Of a stretch of DNA of 64,000 bases, positions 18,753-28,177 are shown piece by piece. The notes beneath the pieces are model-generated. The model ran no database searches and was not told the origin of the DNA. It saw only the letters and a program-made list of their open reading frames with translations. This DNA is from an uncultured Alphaproteobacteria bacterium (GTDB taxonomy: Bacteria > Pseudomonadota > Alphaproteobacteria > Sphingomonadales > Sphingomonadaceae). The translations under genes and the position numbers were made by a program. Every line of letters starts with the position of its first letter. Position 1 is the first letter of the stretch. The stretch lies in the NCBI GenBank assembly GCA_963803585.1, contig CAWDNB010000003.1, forward strand, positions 12,007 through 76,006, given 5' to 3'.

Positions 18753-19673
18753 TCAGATATTGTCGAATAGGGTGAGGGAGGAGAGGCGCGCGAAACCCGC
18801 CTGGCTTGCCTCCAGCGTAGTCAGCACCTGTTGGAGCCGGGAAATCGCGCTGGCGAGATCGGTGCCGCCGATCCGTCCGCCTTCTGCCGCACGGCTTTCC
18901 GCCCGCAGAAGCTGCGTATTTTCAACAGTGTCGATCCATGCCGCCCGCGCGCCCAGCAATGTCTGGTTGCGCGTAACGGTGTCCAGCGCCGCATCGAAAC
19001 CGGCCAGCGCATCGCGGGCGAAAGCAGCCGGGTCCGCCACGCCGCCGCGCATGGCCTGGGCGAGCGATTGCAGGAAAGCCAGCCCATCGGTCCGCCCGCC
19101 GCCATGTTCGAAATCGAGCACGGCGGGCCCGGTCACCCCGCGTTCCACCCGAATGCCGTCTGCAATCGAGATCGCGCCGCTGGTTGCCGTGCCGGTATAG
19201 ACCGCATTTCCGGCCGGATCGCGAATATAGGCCGGGCCGGCCGCATCCCCGCCGAACAGTGCCCGCCCATCGGTGCCAAGGCTGTTGATGCTCGCAAAAA
19301 TACTGCCGCCCAGCACATCGATCTCTTGCGCGATGGCGATGCGGGCGCTGTCGGAAACGGTATCGCTGCCGGCCTGCAATGCGAGCGCGCGGGCGCGGAT
19401 CAGCGCCTCCGCGATATCGTCCAGCTGCGCCGACGCATTGCCCAGATCGTCCTTTGCCGCCGCGCTATTGCCCGCATCGACCTTCGCCAGACGGTCCGCG
19501 CGTTCCAGCATGCGCAGGCGGGCCGATGCCACCGGATCGTCGGACGACCGTTCCAGCCTCTGGCCGGTGGCAATCTGCCGTTCCAACCCTTCGGCCATGT
19601 GGCGCAATTCGCTCATCTGCGCGGTAGACCGGCGATAGAACCCCGCCGTCGAATTGATGATGGGACCGGCCAT
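18753..19673 (-). CDS. flgL: hook-filament junction protein FlgL
   Basis: 306 aa with a flagellin-like N-terminus (RLERSSDDPVASARL) and C-terminus (LEASQAGFARLSSLTLFDNI), following flgK. Confidence 0.8.
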   Translation of the reverse strand: MAGPIINSTAGFYRRSTAQMSELRHMAEGLERQIATGQRLERSSDDPVASARLRMLERADRLAKVDAGNSAAAKDDLGNASAQLDDIAEALIRARALALQAGSDTVSDSARIAIAQEIDVLGGSIFASINSLGTDGRALFGGDAAGPAYIRDPAGNAVYTGTATSGAISIADGIRVERGVTGPAVLDFEHGGGRTDGLAFLQSLAQAMRGGVADPAAFARDALAGFDAALDTVTRNQTLLGARAAWIDTVENTQLLRAESRAAEGGRIGGTDLASAISRLQQVLTTLEASQAGFARLSSLTLFDNI

Positions 19674-21011
19674 CTACCGGATCGCCAATATGGTGTCGAA
19701 AATGTCGGCAGCCGTCTGGATGACCCGGCCCGATGCCTGAAATGCCTGTTGGTAACGCACCAGATTGGCGGCTTCCGCATCCAGATCGACAGCCGATTCG
19801 CTGGCCAGCGTGGTTTGCGCGGCGCCGGCAATAGTGGTCAGCGCGTCGGCCATGATACTGCGCCCGGCAATCGTATTGGCAAGCCGGAACAGCAACCGGT
19901 CCGCCCCCGCCGCCGGCCCCCCTGTGGCCAGCGCCGATCGCAACGCATCGAGATTGGCGGTATCGCGGCTACCGGCCGGTGCGCCTGCCGCCGCGGCCGC
20001 GATCCCGGCGCCATCCGTCAGGGCCAGCACAATATCGCCGGCGGTACTGCCGCTGAAGAAAATCTGTCCGGCATTGCCATCCTGCGCGGTTCCGTTCGCC
20101 TGGGCGGTGTTGGCAATGGCGACAATCTGCGCCGCCAGCGCATCCAGATTACCGCGCAGATCGCGCTGGGTGGTGAGGCCCAAAGCCTGCCCCGCCAATG
20201 CGCCCGCGCCGATAGCGGCGCTATTGCCGTCCAGCGTGAAAGCGATGGTCCCATCAGGCGCGGCAGCCACCCCGAACAGGCCGGCAGTGCCGCGTTCGAC
20301 CAGTAGCGGCCCGGATGCCTGATCCAGCCGGACGGTCGCAGCGCCGGTGGGATCGTAACTGACCGCGATACCGATCTGTTCCGCAATATTGCGCAATTGC
20401 GTATCGCGCTGGTCCAGCAAGGTGACATGGGCGGTGGTGCCCCGCTGGGTTTTTACCAGGGCCACGTTGATCCGGGCAAGTTCGCGGGCATGGGCGTTGA
20501 CCGCATCCACGCCTGCACCCGCTTCGAACCGAAGCTGTTCGCCATTTGCCACCAGGGCACCGTCGGCCAGGCGGAAACTGTCGGCCAGCACCCGCGCGCT
20601 TTCCAGTACCGCAGCGCGCAGCGAACCGTTGACCGGATCGCCGCGCAACTGGCCCAGCGCGGCTTCGAATTCGACGATGGCGGGATACAGCCCGGCCTGT
20701 TCCAAACCGCTTTCGGCGCTGCGCAGACCGGCCAGTTCGGCACTGGCGCGGGCGGCATCGCTGCCGGTACGGCGCGCTTCGTTTTGCAGAAACAGGGAAT
20801 CGGTGCGGCGTATCTGTTCCACCCGAACGCCGGACAGGGCGCTGCTGGAATAATAGGCGACGCTGCCGGTGGAATTCACTTCCGCCATGGCCAGCGACCG
20901 GCGGGTATAGTCCGGGCTGTTCGCATTGGCGATATTCTGCGCTGTCACATCCAGCGCGGCACGGGCCGCTGCGGCCCCGCTGCGGCCGATATTGAGAAGA
21001 TCGGACGGCAT
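19674..21011 (-). CDS. flgK: hook-filament junction protein FlgK
   Basis: MPSDLLNIGRSGAAAARAALDVTAQNIANANSPDYTRRS... and C-terminus LVRYQQAFQASGRVIQTAADIFDTILAI. Confidence 0.9.
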   Translation of the reverse strand: MPSDLLNIGRSGAAAARAALDVTAQNIANANSPDYTRRSLAMAEVNSTGSVAYYSSSALSGVRVEQIRRTDSLFLQNEARRTGSDAARASAELAGLRSAESGLEQAGLYPAIVEFEAALGQLRGDPVNGSLRAAVLESARVLADSFRLADGALVANGEQLRFEAGAGVDAVNAHARELARINVALVKTQRGTTAHVTLLDQRDTQLRNIAEQIGIAVSYDPTGAATVRLDQASGPLLVERGTAGLFGVAAAPDGTIAFTLDGNSAAIGAGALAGQALGLTTQRDLRGNLDALAAQIVAIANTAQANGTAQDGNAGQIFFSGSTAGDIVLALTDGAGIAAAAAGAPAGSRDTANLDALRSALATGGPAAGADRLLFRLANTIAGRSIMADALTTIAGAAQTTLASESAVDLDAEAANLVRYQQAFQASGRVIQTAADIFDTILAIR

Positions 21012-21014
21012 GGC

Positions 21015-21350
21015 CTATCGGCGCCCCTGCTGTATCAGGCCGGAAAGCTGGTGTTCGATCTGGTCTGCCAGGCCGAACGATCCGCTGGACGACGCCATAT
21101 CGGCCAGACGTTCGTCCCGCATTGCCGTAAACTGTTCCAGCCCCGGCCCGCTGAACGGCGTTTGTTCGGCGATGGACCCGGCGCGTGCGGCGGCCAGCAT
21201 CTTGCGCACGAAGATCGCCTCGAACGCCTGCGCCGCTTCGCGCAATTGCTGGCGATCGGGCGAAAGCAGGGCGTCGATTTTTACCGGGCTGGTGGGTGGC
21301 ACCGGGCTGATGGTTGGCACCGGGCCGGCACCTATGGATGGACCGGTCAC
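21015..21350 (-). CDS. flgJ: rod-binding protein (FlgJ N-terminal domain only)
   Basis: 111 aa: LREAAQAFEAIFVRKMLAAARAGS...FGLADQI. There is no muramidase domain. ATGA overlap with the flgI stop. Confidence 0.75.
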   Translation of the reverse strand: MTGPSIGAGPVPTISPVPPTSPVKIDALLSPDRQQLREAAQAFEAIFVRKMLAAARAGSIAEQTPFSGPGLEQFTAMRDERLADMASSSGSFGLADQIEHQLSGLIQQGRR

Positions 21351-22465
21351 AATATCACCATTTCGGCCTGCAACGCGCCCGCCTGCTTCAAAGCTTCCAA
21401 TATGACCACCAGATCCGACGCGCCGACACCCAGCATATTCAGCGCATCGACGATTTCGGAAAGCGACGCCGCGCCGGGCATGGCGATGACGTTGCTCGCC
21501 TGCTCCTCGATGGAAATGGCGGATGATGGTTCGATTGCGGTGCGCCCGTTGCCGAACGGGGCCGGCTGCACCACACGGGGTGCCTCGTCGATACGGATGG
21601 TCAGTTTGCCGTGGCTGATCGCGGCGGGTTGCAGGCGGACCGACTGGTTGATGACCACGGTTCCCGTGCGACTGTTTACGATAACACGTGCGGCCTGCTC
21701 AGCCGGAGTGATTTCGATCATCTCGATCTGTGCCAGCATGGACGATCGATCGTCATTGCCGAATGGAAGCACGAATTCCAGCGTCACCCCGTCCACGATA
21801 GTGGCGGCGCCGGGAAAGCGGGTATTGACGGCATCGCGCATCCGCTGCGCGGTCAGGAAATCGGCCTGATGCAGATTGAAACGCAGGCGGCCTTCCCGCT
21901 CGAACCCGGTGGCGACGGCCCGTTCCACGCTGGCCCCGTCGGCAATTCTGCCAACGGTGGGCACGTTGACGGTCAGCTTCGACCCGTCTCGCCCCGACAC
22001 GCCCAGGCCGCCTACCGCGACATTGCCCTGCGCCATGGCATAGACCTGCCCGTCGGCGCCCACCAATTGCGTCAGGATCAAGGCCCCGCCGCGCAGCGAT
22101 TTCGCCTTGCCCATGGTGGACACGGTAATGTCGATCCGCTGGCCCGGCTTGGCGAAGGGCGGCAGTTCGGCAGTGACTATGACGGCGGCGGCATTTTTCA
22201 GACCGGGCGAAACGCCGGGCGGCAATGCCACGCCCAGCCTGCCGGATATGCCGCGCATGGCCTGCGTAAGATATTCCAGATTGTCGTCCCCTGTGCCCTG
22301 CAGGCCCACGACCACCCCGTAACCGGTCAGCTGGTTCGCACGCAGCCCCTGGAACGCGCCCAAATCGCGAACCCGTTCGGCCTGGGCCGGGGCCGGCGCG
22401 GCCACCATGGCCAGCGCGCAGGACAGGGCGATGCACAGCCGCATGGCCGATATGGCGAATGTCAT
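21347..22465 (-). CDS. flgI: flagellar P-ring protein FlgI
   Basis: From ATG 22465: signal peptide, then ERVRDLGAFQGLRANQLTGYGVVVGLQGTGD...; C-terminus ILEALKQAGALQAEMVIL. Confidence 0.9.
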   Translation of the reverse strand: MTFAISAMRLCIALSCALAMVAAPAPAQAERVRDLGAFQGLRANQLTGYGVVVGLQGTGDDNLEYLTQAMRGISGRLGVALPPGVSPGLKNAAAVIVTAELPPFAKPGQRIDITVSTMGKAKSLRGGALILTQLVGADGQVYAMAQGNVAVGGLGVSGRDGSKLTVNVPTVGRIADGASVERAVATGFEREGRLRFNLHQADFLTAQRMRDAVNTRFPGAATIVDGVTLEFVLPFGNDDRSSMLAQIEMIEITPAEQAARVIVNSRTGTVVINQSVRLQPAAISHGKLTIRIDEAPRVVQPAPFGNGRTAIEPSSAISIEEQASNVIAMPGAASLSEIVDALNMLGVGASDLVVILEALKQAGALQAEMVIL

Positions 22466-22476
22466 GGTCGAGCCTT

Positions 22477-23220
22477 TCAAAACGGAGAAATCTTGCCGAA
22501 AAAGGTCGAAAGCCATCCCGGCTTGCTCGCGCGCTGGATCGCACCCGAACCTGAATAGAGGATCTGCGCGTCGGCCACCTGGCTGGAGGCCACGCGATTA
22601 TTCGCATCCACATCGGCCAGCCGCACGATCCCGGCAAACTGCACGAATTCCTGACCCTGACTGAACGCCATCTGTTTTTCCCCTACTATCCGCGCCGTTC
22701 CATTGGGCCGCACTTCGGCGATCGACACGGCGATCGCGCCGTTCAGCGTGCTGCGCTGTGCGGCATTGCCCCGTCCTGAGAACGACGCTTCGGCCTGCGC
22801 TTTAAGGGCATCGGGGTTCAGGAAATCGAGCGGACCGGCGGCGGGCGGGGTAAGTCCGGCCGATCCTTCCCGATCGGTGCGCGACGATGTGCTTTTGCTA
22901 GTGCCGATATTTTCGGTCAGCACCACGGTCAGAATATCGCCGACCCGCCGCGCCCGCAGACCTTCATGCAGCGCGCCGTGGCCATGGTTTGCCTGATAGA
23001 TCGATCCGTTTGACACCGGAGCCAGTTCAGGCGCCATCTGCGCGGTGGATACCGGCGGCGGTCCGAAACCTGGCATAGGGCGCACGCCATCGGTACCGCA
23101 TGCTGTTAACAGCGGCAGGGCCAACAGGGGGAGGGCCAACCGGGGCAGAACCAACCGGGGCAGGGCCAGCAGGCACAGCGTCCGGCCTGGTTTCAGGGGT
23201 CGGTTTCTCACCGCGATCAC
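22477..23220 (-). CDS. flgH: flagellar L-ring lipoprotein FlgH
   Basis: Lipobox LLTAC. GDILTVVLTENIGTSKSTSS...IVGEKQMAFSQGQEFVQFAGIVR. Confidence 0.9.
   Translation of the reverse strand: MIAVRNRPLKPGRTLCLLALPRLVLPRLALPLLALPLLTACGTDGVRPMPGFGPPPVSTAQMAPELAPVSNGSIYQANHGHGALHEGLRARRVGDILTVVLTENIGTSKSTSSRTDREGSAGLTPPAAGPLDFLNPDALKAQAEASFSGRGNAAQRSTLNGAIAVSIAEVRPNGTARIVGEKQMAFSQGQEFVQFAGIVRLADVDANNRVASSQVADAQILYSGSGAIQRASKPGWLSTFFGKISPF
23114..23173. repeat. 15-nt tandem repeat x4 in the flgH signal-peptide region
   Basis: ggcagggccaacagg gggagggccaaccgg ggcagaaccaaccgg ggcagggccagcagg, encoding LALPRLVLPRLALPLLALPLL. Confidence 0.8.
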
Positions 23221-24005
23221 AGCGTCTGGTTCGCATTGCGGAGCATTTCATCGACGGCGCTGACCATTTTCGAATTGATCTCGTAAGCCCGCTGCGCTTC
23301 GATCATCTCGACCAGTTCCTCGACCACATTGACATTGCTGGCTTCCAGCATTCCCTGTCGGATATTGCCGCGCCCGCCTTCGCCGCCGGCGCCGATTTCC
23401 GCGGCTCCACTGGCAGCGGTTTCGCGCAGGAAATTGTCGCCGATCGCCTGCAATCCGGCGGCGTTGGCAAAACTGGCTATGGTAATCTGCCCCAGTTCGG
23501 CCGGCGCGGTGTCGCCCGGCACGGTCGCACTCACGGTGCCATCCGGCGCGATGGTGATGGATTGTGCGCCCTGCGGCACTTCGATGGCAGGCTGCAGTGC
23601 ATAACCCTGCGCCGTGACCAGCTGACCCTCCGCGCTCAACGTGAAATTTCCGGCGCGGGTATAGGCGACAAGGCCGCCCGGCATTTCCACCTGGAACATC
23701 CCCGGCCCGTCCAGCGCCAGATCCAGCGAATTGCCGGTGGTGCTGAGCGTGCCCTGGCTGTTGATCCGGCTGGTGCCCTGAACGCTGACCCCGGTGCCCA
23801 GATTGAGGCCCACGGCATAGGCCGTTTCGTTGGTCGAACGCGCGCCCGCAACCCGGGTGTCCTGATATGCCAGCGTCTGGAAATCGGCGCGGTCGCGCTT
23901 GAACCCGGTGGTGCCGATATTGGCAAGATTGTTGGCGATGACGCGCATACGCGTATCCTGCGCCTCCAGCCCCGTGCGGGCGACGTGCAATGCGGATGTG
24001 GGCAT
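23217..24005 (-). CDS. flgG: distal rod protein FlgG
   Basis: 262 aa: ALHVARTGLEAQDTRMRVIANNLANIGTTGFKRDRADF..., C-terminus EASNVNVVEELVEMIEAQRAYEINSK. Confidence 0.9.
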   Translation of the reverse strand: MPTSALHVARTGLEAQDTRMRVIANNLANIGTTGFKRDRADFQTLAYQDTRVAGARSTNETAYAVGLNLGTGVSVQGTSRINSQGTLSTTGNSLDLALDGPGMFQVEMPGGLVAYTRAGNFTLSAEGQLVTAQGYALQPAIEVPQGAQSITIAPDGTVSATVPGDTAPAELGQITIASFANAAGLQAIGDNFLRETAASGAAEIGAGGEGGRGNIRQGMLEASNVNVVEELVEMIEAQRAYEINSKMVSAVDEMLRNANQTL

Positions 24006-24053
24006 GGGTGTTTCCTTTCCAAAACGGGCTCTACAAAACGGGGCGCGTGAAAA

Positions 24054-24797
24054 TCAGCGCAGGCTCATCAATTGGGCGCTGGACTGGTCCAGCTGTTCGG
24101 CGGTCGAAATTATCTTTGCACGCTGTTCGAAAGCGCGCTGCGCCTCGATCATCTGGACCAGCGTGGTGGCCGTATCGACATTCGATCCTTCCAGCGCGCC
24201 GACAGTCAGCTGTGCGGTGGGATCGGCAGGCAGGGCGCCATTGCCCGGTACCCGCAACCAACCGTTCAGATCTTTCACCAATGCGCTGCCTTCCGGGCTG
24301 GTCAGCTTGATACGGGCGATTTCCTGCGGCGGCGCATCGGGGGCGTCGGGATCGGTCTGGAACAATGCCCCATCCGATCCGATGGTAATCCGCGCCCCGG
24401 CCGGAACGGTAATCGGGCCTGCCGCGCCCATCACGGGCAGCCCATCGCCGTTTTGCAATACGCCGCCGGGCGCGATCGACAGATCGCCCCGCCGCGAATA
24501 GACCTCGCCTCCGTCGGGGGCCTGCAGCGCCATCAGCGCATTGCGGGACAGCGCAATATCCAGCGGCTGCCCGGTATGTGTAACGGTTCCCTGCGCCATA
24601 TCCGCGCCGCGAACCGCGCCTTGGGCCAGCGATCGCGCCTCATGTCCGTCGCGCGCCCTGACCGTGATCGGCGTTACGGCGAATTCTTCCCCGCGAAAAC
24701 CGGGGGTGGACGCATTGGCCAGATTGTTCGCCACCGTCCGTTGCCGGTCCATCGCGGAATTCATGCCGGAAAGCGCGGTGTAGATGAGACGGTCCAT
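24054..24797 (-). CDS. flgF: proximal rod protein FlgF
   Basis: From ATG 24797: MDRLIYTALSGMNSAMDRQRTVANNLANASTPGFRGE..., C-terminus GSNVDTATTLVQMIEAQRAFEQRAK. Confidence 0.85.
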   Translation of the reverse strand: MDRLIYTALSGMNSAMDRQRTVANNLANASTPGFRGEEFAVTPITVRARDGHEARSLAQGAVRGADMAQGTVTHTGQPLDIALSRNALMALQAPDGGEVYSRRGDLSIAPGGVLQNGDGLPVMGAAGPITVPAGARITIGSDGALFQTDPDAPDAPPQEIARIKLTSPEGSALVKDLNGWLRVPGNGALPADPTAQLTVGALEGSNVDTATTLVQMIEAQRAFEQRAKIISTAEQLDQSSAQLMSLR

Positions 24798-24810
24798 CGC
24801 TGCGTTTCCG

Positions 24811-25629
24811 TTACGTGCGCAGATTGATGATGGTCTGCGAAATCTGCGTGGCGGTATCGATCGCCTTGGCATTCGCCTGGAAATTGCGCTGCGCGGTGAT
24901 CAAGGCCACCATCTCTTCCGCCAGATCGACATTGGATCGTTCCAGCGTGCCGGAACGGATGCTGCCGGAATTGCCGTTGCCGGGCAGTCCGTAAGTGACC
25001 GGACCGGAAATACCGGTCGCCTCCCACCGGGTCTGCCCGATTTCGCGCAGGCCACCGGGCGCGATGAAATTGGCGACCGCCACGCGGCCTACCGCATCGC
25101 TGGTGCCATCGGCATAGGTGGCGAAGACCGTGCCGTTCTGTTCCACGGTGACGCTGGACAGTTCCGCGCCCGCGCCATTCGTGATCGGAACGACCGCGTC
25201 GATCGTGGCGCCGGTATTGGTGACCGCGCCCGCTGCATCGGTGGCGAACACCTGCAACCGGTTGCCGCTGCTGTCGGTAAGATTGCCGCCGCCATCGATT
25301 TGCAAATTGCCATTGCGGGTAAAGGTGATCTGGCTGTTTTCGGTATTGCGGGTGGCGAAGAAGCCATTGCCGTCCAGCGCCAGATCGAGGCTGCGACCGG
25401 TCTGTTCGATCGAACCCAGCGAAAAATTCTGGTCGATGGACGATACCGCCGCGCCGATGCCGGTCGTCAACCGCGGATCGCCGGACGATCCATTGGATAC
25501 GATATCGGCAAACTGCGCGCTGGATTTCTTGAAACCGGTGGTTTCGGCATTGGCAATGTTATGGGCGATGACGCCCAGATCGGTTTCGGCATTTCTCAGG
25601 CCGTTCAGGGATGTGTAGAAACTGCTCAT
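24811..25629 (-). CDS. flgE: flagellar hook protein FlgE (short, 272 aa)
   Basis: ATG 25629 with an AAGGAAA Shine-Dalgarno. MSSFYTSLNGLRNAETDLGVIAHNIANAETTGFKKS..., C-terminus ERSNVDLAEEMVALITAQRNFQANAK. Confidence 0.85.
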   Translation of the reverse strand: MSSFYTSLNGLRNAETDLGVIAHNIANAETTGFKKSSAQFADIVSNGSSGDPRLTTGIGAAVSSIDQNFSLGSIEQTGRSLDLALDGNGFFATRNTENSQITFTRNGNLQIDGGGNLTDSSGNRLQVFATDAAGAVTNTGATIDAVVPITNGAGAELSSVTVEQNGTVFATYADGTSDAVGRVAVANFIAPGGLREIGQTRWEATGISGPVTYGLPGNGNSGSIRSGTLERSNVDLAEEMVALITAQRNFQANAKAIDTATQISQTIINLRT

Positions 25630-25639
25630 CGGATTTCCT

Positions 25640-26034
25640 TTAGATGGCGGGCTTAGATGGTGGGGTTCGGCATTGGATCGACGTGGGGTCGACATCGGGA
25701 TTGAAAACGGGGTCGGGAGCTGCGGTGCGGGAGCTGCAGGGGCGGGCAAAGTTCCCGCCTGCCGCTGCGCCGCGATCAGTCGTTCCAGCTGGGCGGACAT
25801 ATCTTCCAGCCGGGCATTCGTTTCGGTGGTTCCGGCAAGCCCGGAAAACTGCGCCATCTGCGCCAGCATTTCCTTGTTATCGACCGGTTCGAACGGGTCC
25901 TGCTGCTGCAATTGCACGGTCAGCAATCGCAGGAAATCGCCCTGGTCCAGTGCGGTGTAGCCGCTGGCCGCCGGGCGGTTTCCCGGTGCGTTCAGGCCGG
26001 ACAGGGTGGAGGTTACGGTATCGGGCATATTCAA
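25640..26034 (-). CDS. flgD: hook cap/scaffold protein FlgD (N-terminal domain only). As sequenced it runs in-frame into flgE
   Basis: DFLRLLTVQLQQQDPFEPVDNKEMLAQMAQFSGLAGTTE is the FlgD N-domain. There is no stop before flgE in this frame. A TAA at 25640-25642 in the adjacent frame lies immediately 5' of the flgE Shine-Dalgarno and would be the natural stop if one indel is assumed. Confidence 0.6.
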
Positions 26035-26450
26035 CGGCTCCTGAGCGTTTCGAGCATGAGTTGTTTGGCGGTCTGCAACGCCTCCACCAGGTTCTGGTAC
26101 TGGCGGGCGCTTTCCATGATCTCGACCATTTCGCCGGTTTCATCGACGGCCGATTCCCATACATTGCCATCTGCATCGGCAAGCGGATGGTCGGGATCGC
26201 GGCGTTTTACAGGCGCAATGTCCGATGGCATGACGGACGCAACGCGTACCGAAGTCAGGCCGCTGGCGCGATCCAGCTGTGCCGCGAATACCGGACGCAT
26301 CGGGCGATAGGCTTCCGCTTCGCTGCCCGCGACCGATCCGGCATTGGCGAGGTTGGACGCGGCGGCATTCATGCGGACCATCTGGGCGGACATACCCCGC
26401 TGGGCGAGAGTGAAAATAGTCATCGGCCGGTTCGTGGATGTGGCGGGCAT
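26031..26450 (-). CDS. flgC: proximal rod protein FlgC
   Basis: 139 aa: AQMVRMNAAASNLANAGSV...NVWESAVDETGEMVEIMESARQYQNLVEAL. Confidence 0.9.
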   Translation of the reverse strand: MPATSTNRPMTIFTLAQRGMSAQMVRMNAAASNLANAGSVAGSEAEAYRPMRPVFAAQLDRASGLTSVRVASVMPSDIAPVKRRDPDHPLADADGNVWESAVDETGEMVEIMESARQYQNLVEALQTAKQLMLETLRSR

Positions 26451-26451
26451 T

Positions 26452-26799
26452 CTATTCGCCCTTCAGCGCACGAGTGACCGTATCGACCTTGCCCTGGACG
26501 AAGGACAGGGTGGCCGAATAGGCCACGGCGTTTTCCGCAAAGGCGAGCTGTTCGTTGGCGAGTTCCACCGTATTGCCATCAGCCGCCTGCATCGTTGCCA
26601 CACGGTAGAGCGTATTGTCCGCCATTGCGCGTTCGGTGCTGCCGCCGCGGGTCCGGTCGGCCAGAGCCGCCCCAAAATCGACGTCCCGCGCCTTGTAACC
26701 CGGCGTTGCTGCATTCGCGATATTGGAAGTGAGCACGCCCATCCGCTGCGATCGCAGTTCCAGCGCCGCTCCGTGAATTCCGAACAATCTGTCGCTCAT
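26452..26799 (-). CDS. flgB: proximal rod protein FlgB
   Basis: ATG 26799 with a GAAGGGA Shine-Dalgarno: MSDRLFGIHGAALELRSQRMGVLTSNIANAATPGYKARD. Confidence 0.9.
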   Translation of the reverse strand: MSDRLFGIHGAALELRSQRMGVLTSNIANAATPGYKARDVDFGAALADRTRGGSTERAMADNTLYRVATMQAADGNTVELANEQLAFAENAVAYSATLSFVQGKVDTVTRALKGE

Positions 26800-26825
26800 G
26801 CAAATTTCCCTTCGGTTCATATACA

Positions 26826-26840
26826 GCAAAGCCCGTGCCA
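26826..26840 (-). promoter_or_regulatory. sigma-54 promoter of the flgBCDEFGHIJKL-motAB operon
   Basis: The plus strand reads GCAA-AGCCC-GTGCCA, which is a perfect TGGCAC-N5-TTGC on the minus strand, 27 nt upstream of the flgB ATG. Confidence 0.8.
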
Positions 26841-26946
26841 GTTTTGCCAAAATGTCTGAAAGAAAAGGATATTCTGGTCGATCGAACCGCGCAGCGGCAA
26901 GGTTTTGCCGGAAGGCGGCACAATCGCGCCCCCTTCAAACCACGCT

Positions 26947-26972
26947 TAACAAACCCCGCCGCCCGCCGTCCT
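26947..26972 (+). promoter_or_regulatory. candidate sigma-28-type promoter: TAAC-N15-CCGTCCT
   Basis: Same architecture and spacing as the fliC and flgM motifs, 23-32 nt upstream of the MotA/ExbB-like gene. Confidence 0.3.
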
Positions 26973-26994
26973 GAATGAAAGATCTGTTACAGGG

Positions 26995-27767
26995 ATGATT
27001 GGAATGGCGATGAATTTCCAGCTGCTGATCGATCCCGCAACCGCTGCCTTTGTACTTGGCGGGGTCATGACCGGTACTGCAGTGCGCAGCGGCTGGGCCA
27101 ATTGCCGCGAAACCTTGCATCAATTGGCAGAATTGCGGCGACGACCGTTCGATGCCGTGCGGCCCGTGCCGAAATGGCGGGCGAGGTCGGCCGAATGCAG
27201 CGTGACGGAGTGATGCGCACGGCACCGTTTACCCTGTCCGATACCGAGCTGTCTGATACCGAGTTGCGCGATGCGACCGACGCGCTGGTCCGGCACCGGT
27301 CCGTAGATGCGCTGGCGCAGGAACATCGCCGCCATGTGACACAGCGCAATCGCCGCCGCAGGCAGGCGGTGGAAACGCTGAGCGATGCGGGGGAACTCGC
27401 CCCGGTGCTGGGCCTGGCCGGTACGCTGATCGCCTTGAGCCAGCTGGCGGGCGGCACCCCCGATACCGGCGCGCTGACATCCGCAGTGGGGCAGGCCGTG
27501 GTGTCGACATTGTACGGATTGCTGTTTGCCCATTTGCTGTTCCTGCCATTGTCCGCCGCAGTGGCCCGGCGCGGGCGGCAGGAAGACATCGAGCGGGAAG
27601 GATTGATCCGGTGGCTGATCGCGCAATTGGCCCCGGCCTGCCCGCCCGACCGCACCCGCGATGCGATTGCTGGCGGAATTGTCAGCGGTGCCGGGTGTGG
27701 TAGCGGATTGGGCAGCGGATCGGGCAGCGGATCGGGCAGTGTAGTTGGAGGCGGTAGGGGCGCATGA
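26995..27767 (+). CDS. MotA/TolQ/ExbB-family proton-channel protein, frame-broken at 27157-27158
   Basis: The N-terminal TM (NFQLLIDPATAAFVLGGVMTGTAV) is in ORF 26995..27213. The channel core (LAPVLGLAGTLIALSQL...AVGQAVVSTLYGLLFAHLLFLPLSAAVARR) is in ORF 27102..27767. There is a Gly/Ser-repeat tail. ATG 27004 has better Shine-Dalgarno spacing than 26995. Confidence 0.7.
27234..27263. repeat. 15-nt tandem repeat x2 in the MotA/ExbB-like gene
   Basis: ctgtccgataccgag ctgtctgataccgag, encoding LSDTELSDTE. Confidence 0.85.
27699..27746. repeat. 12-nt tandem repeat x4 (Gly-Ser tail of the MotA/ExbB-like protein)
   Basis: ggtagcggattg ggcagcggatcg ggcagcggatcg ggcagtgtagtt. Confidence 0.85.
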
Positions 27768-28177
27768 CCATTCGCAAACCCGCCGGCTGGCAGATCATCT
27801 TGGCCGATCTGTCGCTGATCCTGTTTCTGGCGGCGCTCGGCAGTCTGCAATCGCCAACCCATGATCCCGCGCCAGCGGCGACGGCAAGGATGGCGCTCAT
27901 GGCATCCCCGCAGGCGATTTTCCGTGAAAACGACGCGGCATCGCTCGACCAGTGGCTGATGGATGAACGCGCGGACGGGCGGATGCAACTGACTATCTAT
28001 GCCAGCTATGGCCATAGCGATTACGATACGATCTGGCGGCAATCGCGCGTCTGGTTGCGGCAGGCGGAAGCTGCGGGGTATCGCCCGCGGATATTCATGG
28101 AACATGGCGTCACCAGCGATCTTCATGCGGTGCTGGCGTATGACGATATGACGCAGATCGCGCGCAGCGAGTTCTAG
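27764..28177 (+). CDS. MotB/ExbD/TolR-like single-TM partner protein (137 aa, no canonical OmpA peptidoglycan-binding domain)
   Basis: ATGA overlap with the preceding gene. TM with an embedded Asp (GWQIILADLSLILFLAALG), followed by about 100 periplasmic aa. Confidence 0.55.
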   Translation: MTIRKPAGWQIILADLSLILFLAALGSLQSPTHDPAPAATARMALMASPQAIFRENDAASLDQWLMDERADGRMQLTIYASYGHSDYDTIWRQSRVWLRQAEAAGYRPRIFMEHGVTSDLHAVLAYDDMTQIARSEF

